DNA of 64,000 nt from Eutreptiella sp. 'Long Island Sound 2002'. Lineage: Eukaryota > Protista > Euglenida. A model generated the notes under the pieces. The model saw only the letters and a program-made list of their open reading frames with translations. It was not told the DNA's origin and made no database searches. The position numbers and the translations under genes are program-made. Location of the stretch: NCBI GenBank assembly GCA_964036045.1, contig OZ038378.1:188046001-188110000 (forward strand), given 5' to 3'. Positions 1-11,600 of this stretch are shown one piece after another. Every line of letters begins with the position of its first letter. Positions within the stretch are counted from its first letter, which is position 1.

Positions 1-3000
1 ACGCGGTGAAACGCCAAATGGCCACTGCAGGTTGGGGGGGCGGGGGGGCGTGCACATGACCGCAGAGGTACGTGTTTGGGTGAGTATTGCCCGCCACCTG
101 CAGGCCATGCATATTCAACAACAGCCCAGGGGACTAGGCACAAAGCGGCGCAGGTTCCGGAGGTCCAACCTTATTCTGTAGTGAACACAAGCCTTTTCTT
201 AGCAACGGGGGAGGGAGGCGGTGGGGGGGGGGGGCGTGAATGCAAAACTGCTGCAGTTTCTTCATGTGGCAATACGATGCATTCAGCATGGCTGAGGAAT
301 GATTTAAGTATCTTGTGCCCCCCCCCTCCCCAAGGGGCTCCGTTGACACAACCAAAACACGTTCGGACCTACAGAGGGTCGGAATGTACAATGGCGAGAG
401 GCCAAAAGGCGCCGCCAAAAGCAAGCAAACCAACACCATGGCCTCGTGCCAACCCCCCCCCCCAAGGCTATCCCCATCCCTACCCCATACTATTGCTGAA
501 ACATAGTACGGGCGAGTGCACATAGTGCACGTGCATGTATGCTTGTAGTGCATATTGACTGCTTTTCCAGGAGACCCCGCTGGACCTTATGTCTGGTTTG
601 CAATTAGGTACTTCCCCCATGTGATAGGCACTGTATGGCACTTTGCGTTTTTTTTATTTTGCGCAAAACAACACCTTGGACCGGGAATTAATTATTTCCG
701 CAAATAATTAGGATTCGCACGGTAGCCCCAAAACTTGGGCTACTGGGTCGTCTGATGGCAGTGATGATTCCTGGGATTGCAGCTGAGAGGGCTGCGACGC
801 TTGGGACGAGTTGTTGAAAAAGCGCGTCATGGACAGTGGCGTCCCTTGACAATGGGGGAAATGCCTACGCGATGCCTCTTGCCCCGGCCATGCAACTTGC
901 CTCGGCAATGCAACTGATAAGACTGTGTGTCAGGTGTAGCTAGAAGTGATAAGCGCTCACCACAGGGACATGTCCACCCATAGGCATCCCGTTGGCCCAA
1001 TGCGATGTTGATTGCCGAAGACATCTAAAAGGTCTGCGAGGAGAAATAGCAAAAAAACACGTACCATGGAACCCAAATCTTAGTGGATTCTTGTTAACCG
1101 GACCTTCTCCCACTCACCCTTTTTTCTCCCTCGCTCCCTGTGCAATAGCCCAAATCCCTCTTTCTTTCCCTCTTTTGTCTTCTCCCTAACGATTGATTGC
1201 GGCTCTCTACAACCATGCAAGCATGCAAATAAAATCAAGTTCGCGGCCCCTTACTTTTACCTCAGTAGTAGTTCATGTGCCAATTTCATACAATGTAGCA
1301 AAGTGAGGTTACATGCAAGTTTAGGTAGCACACAATACAAAATTCCTCGGGGCGAAAAAAATTTCCACATGGGATGCTAGCCTTTTTTTCGGGGGGTACC
1401 CCCGGAGGGGGGGGGGTTCAAAAAATATTCGCACCAATTTTTTTCACCCACCCCCCTGGCTCTTGGCCCCATTCATGGTATGGTGCCTTCAAACCTTGAC
1501 AATGAAGTATGGGGGCACTTGTTGGTTGGTGGGTGGGTGCATCTTGTCTTCGGACCCCCCTTGCCCCCGTGTGGGTTAGGCTCGCTCTTGTGCCTCTAGC
1601 CCCAAAGTGGGTGCCTGTCCTTTTCATTTGCTTCTCTTCCACTGCAAAAACCATGGTGCAAAACACTGTGGTCCAACAGGGCCTCTGTGGTTGGGCCATG
1701 GGGCAGAGTGCAATGTCACACTTTGGACCTCTACCTACTCCACTGTTGCAGCACCGAGGTTGCAGGATTCACCCACCTGCTGTGTGGTGCCCACAAGGGC
1801 AGTGGCACATGCAACCATCTGCATACCCCACCCCCTTCCACTTGCGCAGGGGTACACTCACTAGAAACCCGTGCTTGTGACCTAGGGGCAGGTCTGTGAT
1901 GTACATACTTCAGCTTGTCATGCCGCGCACCCGGGGGGTTCAGTGCGGACTCTGTTGGTCTGCTTGTGCCATGAGTGCTCAGAGTACGCCGTGGATCTTG
2001 TCTGAAAAAACAAAAAAGGCATTTCATTCTGCGTGTTGCACTGGTCTGTTGACCGGTCATGCCAAAAAAATCCTGATTGGGCCTGCCTGGGGGACGGGGG
2101 CGGTACTCCAAAGCGGCCCTGACAAAGCTCAGGGATACCGACGAGACACTGACCAGGGTGTGCCACACACCTAGGGCCTCCTCACATCCATCGCATTCAC
2201 ATACGGAGCAATAAAGCGGGCAGCAAGGCCAAGAACCCAGCACACTGCACCACGTGGCTGTGAATAAGAATGTCCCAAGAGATACAGATGAGAGTCTTTC
2301 CAATGACCGCCACTGCTCATGCCCACGTCCTCGTCCCGATCACTCCCTTGGCCACTACCACTGCACCACTGCCCCCATCCCATCCGCTTCCCCATCCCCA
2401 CTGCCCGTGATACGGTTGGTTGACATGCCCTGCCCCTCTGACACATCCCCCTCTATGAACGCCCCGAGTCGTGTGCGATCCACAGCGCGACCACATTCTG
2501 CAACCACGTGGACGCGCCATATCGCCTGATGCTCCACGACTCAGGGCTCTGCCCAGACATGAGGCCCCGATGGTGCCCTGCACCAGAACCAGCGAACGCG
2601 CATTGGTGGCGGTGGGACAACGGTCCCCGATCGATGACTGCAGGCGACACACAGCCAGTGGGCGAATGGGGCCGCTGGCGGTTGCACCAAAATATATAAC
2701 GCGAGGACCACGCCCTGGCGGGGGGTGGCAGGGCGGCAGTACGCGCACAGGACGTAGGCAGCAAGGGCCCACATCCCAACCACTGCGTAAAACCCGGTCC
2801 GTCCGGACCCGTTTCCCACACCGTCGCATGCGCTCTGTCCCCACACCCCTCGCCCGGACGCTGTCAGACAGAATTCGCAGACCCCATCCAGAGGCCCATC
2901 CCCAGCCTTGGCTCGGCTGTTGCGGTCCCTGCTACCGCTGTTGCACCTGCAGCTCCCCCTGCATGAGTGGTCACGGGTGTCTGGCAGCCTCACTGAGTTT

Positions 3001-5488
3001 CATTAGGAATCAGCCTCACCAAATGTGCCACTCGGCAACGCCCGCTCCTTCCATACACGGAACGCAGAAGGCACCAGCTGCATCCGGGGCAGAGACAAGA
3101 AAGGGCTCGTCAAGGGCCGCATGCCCTCAGCAAACCCACGGGCAACGCAACCATCTCGATTGCAACCACATCCACGGTCCCAAAACCCGCCCAAACAGCG
3201 TTCAGCCACGGCGTTGTTTGCGCCACTAGGGACCGGCCTTTGGGTACACAACACAAGCCGTTGGCCGCTGTCCCTTCCGTCGATTCCTTTAGATAAGCCC
3301 CCGGCGTCGCCTGCACCCCCCCTCACCCCCGATCCCGTATACCAATGCCAAGGCCCGTGCCTGTGCGCAATCTCTTGCATTGCCGAGGTCTATCCCCAAG
3401 CCCAGGCCCGCCCAACCGCATTCTGGGCCCACGGTCCATTACAACTCCGGGGGAGGGGGAGGGTTAAGCCTGCTTTTCAGACCCCCTTCCCCGCCCCATT
3501 CATTAGGCTCAAAAGGGCTGGGCCTCCCAAAAGCATCGCAGGACCTCTAAATTGCCCAAAAACGCGATTTTGCGCAAAATGTAGGCAAATTTGGTTCAGT
3601 ATTCCTCCCCCCCCGAAAATATCCTCCGAACCAATTTCAACGGGGAAAAAGAGGTCTGGCCGCCCCCACTTCAGATTGGCCTGAAAAGGGCCTCTCCCCC
3701 CTGCATTGCAGTCCACCACTCCGCGCGGGTACGACTGCGAAGGTGTGACTCCGCCGGGTGTTGCATCCCCTGAATACCGCTTGGGCACCAGGCCCCCCGA
3801 CCGATCTTGTGCCTGGACACGCGCTTGTGAAGCAAAACCCCTTCCTCTCCTTGTGCAAACAGCGCGAAACGGACCAAAACCGACAGAGCGCATCGACCAG
3901 CGCCCGTCGCCCAAGCCAGCGGCAGTTTGCAGAAAGCCGGCGGCGGTTGATGGTTCACGGGCGGTTGACGAGAAACCGACCTCACGCGCCCCCGCCCCCC
4001 AGGGGAGCGCCGCATCTCCTGCTCAGGACGGCTGCAACCAACACCCAACACGCCGCACAGCCAACGCCTCTGTCCATCCATTTCCGCTGACACCTCCACG
4101 GGCCTCTTTGGTCAAAAGCCCCGTTGGATGGTCTGTCCCTGTCACAAGTGTGAGGCAACGCCCCGCATTCCTCGGACGACCCCCGACAGAAGAACGGAAC
4201 CGCCATTCCATGAAGTGACGGAAGCCTCTGGGCTGGGGGGACAGGCGCAGGAGTGTCAGTGCAGACTCCCCCCCCCCCGAAAAAAAAAGGTAGACATCCC
4301 CGACGACACGGGGCAAGTACTGACGCGGGCTTGCCCTGGGCCGCTTCAGGAGCGTCCGCAGGGGGCGGCATCCCATCCCTGCCCTCTGTAGTGCGTGGGC
4401 TGAGTGCAGGGCTCATGCGGCAAACGGAGTTGTGCATCCAGTTCACTTCAGCACATTTCAGGCTTCTGGACAGCGAGTGTAAAGGTCTGTGCCTGCCCGC
4501 AGACGAGACCGCCCGCGGCCACGAGCACAAAAAGTGTCCATGGAGCTGGAACGGGTCAGTCCACACCAGAAGACACACTGCGCACAGCGTTTGACTGAGA
4601 CCAACAATATCCAATAAACCGGGGCAAATAGGGGTAGGGTGGGTAATTGCTTCGCTTGGGTTGTGTCATGGGGGAGGGGGGGGCGGTTCAATGTGAGGGG
4701 GGGGTCCCACACCCCCGTCGGGGAGACCAGACGAACGGGTTAGGTGAGTGGTACAGGGCCTCTGGCAGGCGTTTGTCCAGACGGAAATGGGGGCCCTGGT
4801 CCAACATATGGCGTGTCCATACGCGGGCCGTGGGGGATGGGCGGCTGTGCCCCAGGTGGCCTGTTTATGGCAGAGGACGAAGGATTCCCGATCCCTGGCG
4901 TCTGAGCAGGGGAACGGGGCACCTGGAGCTCTGCAACGGAATGCAACCTGTCACTAGGGGGCGGGGCGAAGGGGCTCTCGGAATACTCAAACCGACAAAA
5001 AGAGCGCAGTGATGTGTGGTACGTGTGGTGTGGTGTGTGCGGTGTGCGGCGGGTGTTGGGTGGCGTGTGATGTGTGGCGGCACCGCAGCAGGGCACGTGC
5101 GGCGGGACTGCAATTCGCACACGGTCCGAACGATGACCCTGCGCTCGGAGCGCTTCGTCAGAGCGCCCCAAACATTCCCGTCGCCTTCGGCGCCACCATT
5201 ACTACGGGCGAAGCCCGGCCACCCTTTGCAACTAACTGGGCCCACAGGGCAGGGGTGGTGGTCGCCCGCCCCCCGCCCCCAACGCGTGATATTGGCAGAA
5301 TGTGGCTCCACGTTCTGGCGCCCGGCTCCAAGACTCATTGTCGCGGGACATCAGAGCCGGCCGGCGCCAAGAATAAAGCCGAAGGCCCCAAACACCGCCC
5401 GACAGCCCACGCAGACGCCCTCCCCGGCACCGCCCGCCCCAGCCCTGCCCTCGGCCCCGTTCAAGAAACACGCGTGCGCAGCAGGCCC

Positions 5489-5665
5489 TCAGCCCGGGAT
5501 CCGTGGGAACGGCGTCGGCCCGGGCCTGTACCGCGGCTGCCGGTCCATCATCGCGATGACTTCCTTGGGGCTGGGCATGTACAGCGACCCGCGCCCCCCC
5601 AGATCGGAGCCAAACTTCACGAACACCTTCTTCTGGGACCTGAGCTTGTACTTGGCCGCAAACAC
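5489..5665 (-). CDS. Maturase exon 5: end of domain X and stop codon
   Basis: Acceptor gttgtggcag|GTG; VFAAKYKLRSQKKVFVKFG...PRIPG*; TGA at 5489-5491. Confidence 0.9.
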   Translation of the reverse strand: MFAAKYKLRSQKKVFVKFGSDLGGRGSLYMPSPKEVIAMMDRQPRYRPGPTPFPRIPG

Positions 5666-8600
5666 CTGCCACAACGTACAAATGCAATGCTGCACACTCC
5701 ACCAGGGGGTGCCGTAATGAGAAAAAAAAAACGCCCGGTGGGTAACCGATGGCGGCCGGTGGGTAACCGATGGCGGTTGGTGTGTAACCGATGGCGGTTG
5801 GTGGGTAGCCACCAAACATCAGAGAGTGGATGCCATAGTAAAAAAGTAAAAAAAAAAGGGGGGGGGGGGGTCGAGTGTCCTTATGGCACCCCCTGCACTC
5901 CACGCGCTGCCTGCGCTCAACCCACAGCGTCTCTTTCGAAGCACATCGGAACGCGAACCAGAACATCCAGACACAGCAACACGGTGCTGCATCGGGGGTG
6001 CCTCAGATTCGATCGTGCAGAAGCTCTGCTTACTTCGCGTGCTTTGTTGGAGAAAGTGCTTTGCAACCGTTGATTTCTGTACATATGCGGCCGTCCCTCG
6101 AGGAGTCCCTCGCAAGTGGAGCACTGTTGTGTTGCTTGGGAGGGGAACGGCCACGCCTGACAAAAAACACAAACAATGCGGACACAACAGAAATGCCAAG
6201 GCCCCTGCCAACAACAAATTTTCAACGCAAACGTCAATGACCGACCGCCACCCTCCCCCCCCCAAAAAAACGAACCCGCCGCGCCAGAATAACACGCACG
6301 TTCTGTTCATTCGCAGGCACTCTGAGCAAACTGGACATGATCAGTGGGTTGTCGTCTGAAGCCCCCCCCCCCCCGAAAGGCTGGCACAGACCAGCACGTC
6401 GCCCCCACCACCAGGCCTTTGCTTAGTGATACTAGGGGGGCGGGGGGGTCAAATTGGTCCCCCGGGATTTTGGCTGACCCACCCACCCACCCACATCAGA
6501 AAATTTTTCCTCAGGAAAAAAATGAAATTTATCAAAGGGGCCCGAACTTGGAGGTCGATTTTAGGTACACAAACTTTTTTTTGGCCTCTGACCCCCCCCC
6601 CCCCGGTATAGTATCAACCAGCCACTAAGCAAAGGCCTGCCCACCACCACAGCAAGAAGTTACGTCCCCAACCAGTCGAACGATTACCTTTGCACAGGAG
6701 CTGCGGAGGACCCAGAAGATACTCTTGACGGTGTGGCGGTAGTTGTCTGCGAACGAGTAGTACTCCATGATGCCGAAGTAGACATTGTTGTACTTGACTA
6801 TCATGAGGTCCTTCTCTTGGCTGTAGCCCCGCATGTGTGGCGTCGGCTTCCATTGTCCATCCACGTAGCCCGCCCCTTTCAGCCTCCTCAAGACGTGTTG
6901 AATGGGGCAGGTGAGGCGCAGGAACCGATGCCGCCTGCGGTGCGGATGTAGGGGTGATCCGGCGAAAACTTGCAGCAGTGATGAGGAGGGCAAAGAGGGT
7001 TGTAGAGCAGGAGAGGGGCTGAGCCCCAAGGGTCTGCGCACCAACAAAGGGCTGGAAACCTCTTCGAGTATAAAATTTGATTTTTGCTCCTGAGGAATGT
7101 GGTGTTGGACCCAGCTGGGGGGGGGGAGGTCATGGAGGAGGGGAAGGGGGGGTCCTGCTCCCAATTCCCGTTCCAAAGCGCACATGGGGACGGCTGTATT
7201 GGAGGTGGGGTTTGCAGGGATGACGAAGAATGGTAGCGGCGATGGAACAAGGGCCTGCAGGGCTGATAGGCTGAACATCGTGGGTTGATGGAGAGTTGGG
7301 GGAGCTTGGGGGAGCACGGCCTTTTCTTTTCTGATAGTACAGCGACAACGGCAGCGGCTCCTTACCCATCAGGCGTGACTCGTGCTGACTGACTGAAATG
7401 TCCGGTGTCAAGACCTGCTGGACTGCTGAGTCCGCAGAATCTGTCCAGCACGAGCGAGCGGGAGATACCGCCGTGTCTATGTGTATCCCGGGAAGGGAGA
7501 AGCATCCTCTGGCAAAATACCGCCCGGTTCCTTCTTTCCTTATTCTCACATGCGCAGTAGGGCAGGGGCAAGATGGGGCTATGGCTGGGGGGCTGAGGAG
7601 CAGGGATGGGGGCACGTTTGCACTCCTGCTCGCCCCACCGATGGTTGTTGTTGGGGTTGTGTGTGCCAGTGGGGCAGGGGGCTACCCTCTGAGCGGACGT
7701 CGTGCTACCACCCTACTGCGCCCCTAATGAGCTGGCTTCCATGAGGGGCAACCTGGCCCAGGGAGCACACCTTGACTGACCCCTGAGGGGTCACAGGTGG
7801 TGGCTCACAGCCCTGAGCCCCATACCCCCAAGCACTCGGTACTTGGAGTAGACAGTGTCTGCCAACCACAGACCACCTTTGTACTACCCCCCAACCCCAT
7901 ACCTCCATATCCCCCCCCCAATACCCCACCACGCCCGTGCCTCCGAGATAAGGGAAGCGGGGCGATTTCATGCCATATACAGGTGTGCGGGGATGCATGG
8001 AGTCCAGCAGTGATGCATTCGAAGAGGGGGAGGTAAGCCCCGCCCCCCTCCTCCAGGGCGCCCAGCCTATGCCCAGCCACTGTCCCCCTGACGCCAAGTG
8101 CCGGCCTCAATGGCATTTGTAACCGACAGTAACCGCCCCCAACCGCTTTGGCAACCTCCTCGAGCCGCCTGTCTAACCGCCTCTAGGGCCGCCTCTGAGG
8201 TCCCTAGATCCATGCATCCCTGATGATCATGCATAGAATCAAGTTTCAGGGTGCGAGTCTGCATAGCGCATAATTTCCGGCGCGAAACTGTGGGGGCCGG
8301 CCGTCATCGAACTGAAAAATCATGGTTTGTGTGAACATTGCTGTCTCTTGGTGGGGAAACGTATCCCCAAGGCGGTACAAAACGCCCGTATTGGATCAGG
8401 GCCCATTGCATGGGGGGCAATCAGGCTCAAACCCTGACCCCAACCCCCCCATCGAAAATGTAGGCCCTGTGGGGGTGGGGTGGGGAGGGGGGTGGCTGGT
8501 TTTGGTCCAGAGGGGGGGGCACCGGGTCCACGACAAAAAAATGTACCCTTAGGGGGTCCGGTGCTCGGCAGCCATGGGGTGCTGGACGGGGTGGTGGTCA

Positions 8601-11600
8601 GGGGTCAAGAAAATTTTCATGTTTCTCACACATATTTGGATTCCCCATAAAGGCCTGAGCATTTTGGGGAGACATACATGGGGCCAGACCGGAATTTTAC
8701 CCACCCACCATATGCTAAATTAAACTTCTAGTGCCTTTGGTGCCAAGTTGGGGCCAAATGTGATCCCGAACTCCTCAACATTTTGGCCACTCCGAGGGGG
8801 TGGGGGGGGGGGGGTCTGAGCCAGGCTGTTCCCAATGGCCCGTTGGCGCATTGCTGACTTGTGCGCCACATGAGCAAACGTGCGGTGTCCAAGTGCCAGA
8901 GAACCGGGATGAAACAGCACAAGACGTATCCTGAGGGCAAGGGGACAAACCAAGGAAGGCCAACACACGGCACCCTCTGCCAAAACTACAGCCAACACCT
9001 CCGGTCCGAACACCTGCGCCTTCCCAATCCTCCGCCACCAAAGACCCCCAAAAAGCGGACCCCAGCCCTGAGGGGACGGGGGGTTGGGGGGGAAATGGCC
9101 CAAAAGCGGGTCCCATCGACCTCTTCCCCCACTCGCCCTGGAGGGAGGGGGTGGGTGCCGATGCGACTGCACCGTACAAAGGGGGGGGGGGGGTCTTCAG
9201 GCGCTGGACAGCTGTTCATCAACGGCTGTCAGCGCTGCTTGCAGGGCAACGCATGTCAATGGGAAATGGTGTGGCACGCCGACCACCGATGCAGAAGCCC
9301 CGGTGCACATCCAAATACCCACGACCTCCGGGGCACTTTGGCTTGATCCCCGGCGCCCGTTGTGTTGCTGTGCTCTGCCTTGGGGTCGGTCCTGGAACGT
9401 TGGGGCCGGGCGCCTTTGCCGCTCAAATTGACGGCGTTTCTCAACAGATTTCGCATGACCGGTCGGTGACCTTTGAAGGTTGAAAAATACTGGCAGGCCG
9501 TTGGCCAAAGGCGGTTCAAGCTCAACCGCAAGAAGTGGCCGGTAACTGCAAGCGGTTGGCCGGAAGCCACCGGCCGGTGACCGATAGGCGCTGGCGAGCG
9601 CGCGGCTTGTTTTATTTTTGGTACAAGAGAGCAAGCCCTGCTCTTGAAAAACGTCGCGTGCGACACACACGACACGCATCGAGAGACACATTGTGCAAAG
9701 TGTAGGCCTCAGGGCACCTCTCCCCAAGCTGCTCGATAACCGTGTAGATCAGGGTCCCGAGGAAGAGCGTGCCCTTGTCGCTCCGGATCAGCTGGACGTT
9801 CGGGTCGACTTTGAAGGTCTGAATTTTGATGAAATCGTAGCACATCATCTCGATCTCCCGGGCATCACGACCAATACCAGCGAATCCGATGAAGAAGCTG
9901 CCGGCGTGCCGGCAGTAGTACAGCCGCCGGTACCCCTCGAAGGTGGGGTCCTTGTGCGGCATGTGCACGGCCTCTTTGCGGAGTTGCCGCGCCAATCGGA
10001 AGTCGACGTCCTCGCCCGACACTTTATACTTCTCCAAAGCCGATCGGGCCTTGTCGAGTGCCTCCTGCTTGAAACCGTTGAGCTTCTGCCTTTCGCCGTA
10101 ATTGTACTTGGGAATGAGCTGCGGAAATGATGGGGCATGGGTGCAGTAGTAATGGGGCATCGGTGCGGGCAGACATAAAAAAGTCATATTTTGGGAGAGA
10201 ACCCACCCACCGGGGGAGTATCCGCACCGCACGCGCACCGCGCGCGCACCGCGTCAGGTATTTGAACAACTTCTCCAGGAGATGGTCTACGGGGAGAGAA
10301 GTTGTAGATGGTACCTGCTGGGCTCTGAGGCGTTACCATTCCCCCTGATTGGCTCTGGATGAAAGGGTCTACGGAACAACCCCAGTACCCGCACCGCGCA
10401 TGCACCGCGCGCGCACCGCGTCTGATACTCCCCCACCCACTCACCCATCTACCCCGCCCCCTCCGGGGTAGAGTTGACGGGCCAATAAGCTGCTGCCTGT
10501 TTGCCAGAAAGGCCAAGTAAGTAGGCCGGTTGGTACTTCCGGATGTGCTCCATTCTTCAAATATGAAGGAGGAGCTTGTGCTCATTGTTCGTCCACAGCC
10601 GGCGTTTGGGTGGGGGCGAGTGGAACAGTCATCCCCCTGCTCACAAGTGCTGCCTCTGCCCCCGTGGCGTCCCCTCCACCGCCGGCGCCGGCAGCCTTCG
10701 CATTCGGTCGTTCCCAAGACCGTGAAGTTCGGAGGGTGCCCACCACCACAAATGATGTGGGGGGGTGTAACACAGGCCCAGGGGGCTCCGGATCACCGAG
10801 TGTTACCCATCGGTGGACACGGGGGGCCTCAGAAGTCAGGGGTACAATCATCTTGGCAGTCCCTCCTGCCTGGCGCACCCGCATGTTCACGGAGGGCCGC
10901 CATTGGGCCCAATAATGCCGCAACAACGGCACAATGCTCCGGCGCGAAACCGGAGGACAGCATGGCTTCAGAACGTACTCTCCGAAACACTCTGATGGCA
11001 TTTGTCATGAGACCCTCAGCGCCTCCTGTCCGCCGGCTTGCGGTCTCCAGTGCTGCCGGGCCGTCCCACTCACCCACTGCTTACTCTGTTCTCATGTGCA
11101 TGCAGTCAAGGGTCATTCTTTCCATCGCACTCGGAATGCTGTAAAACCAGTTGGCGGGAAAACGGTTGGGGAGCAGGCGGGATGCGGACCCGCCGCTCTG
11201 CTCCAGCCGCGCCGGCCTTCCCACGGCCTTCATTGCCAACTCCGGTATTTGCGCGTCCGACGAGCCGTCCCATGCTGCAGTGTTCCGTAGGTTCTGCTCC
11301 CTTTCCTCACTGGCCGGGGTAGAGGATTGCCTTGACCAAAGCATCATTGAGTGCAGAGGCAATGGGGCGTGGGTGCACTAGTGATGGGGCATGGGCGCAG
11401 GGGCAAGGGGCATGGGTGAAGTGCGGGTGGCGTGCGGGCGGGAGCTCCGGGCCACCCTCCGCCCGGGCGTCCCATCTTCCGTTGCTCGCGTGGCCCAGTG
11501 TTGCTCTGGTTCGTATGGAATGGACATCACACCCGAGCCACCCACGGTGACCCATCAGCTGGTTCCCCCCCCCGGGCTCCACGGACAGTCCCTCCAGAAC

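Noticed and set aside
1-5000. Additional gene at the left end (e.g. 2508-2699, 4404-4594)
   Set aside because: Short protein-looking stretches, but I could not build a phase-consistent exon chain or recognise a domain.
5009-6073. 354-aa plus-strand ORF and overlapping 233/244-aa ORFs
   Set aside because: They run through the maturase last exon, its GC-rich 3' region and repeats; no protein motifs.
7398-7560. Non-LTR RT-like motif IPGREKHPLAKYRPV in maturase intron 3
   Set aside because: A single short resemblance to PK.GK....YRPI with no downstream RT motifs; chance cannot be excluded.
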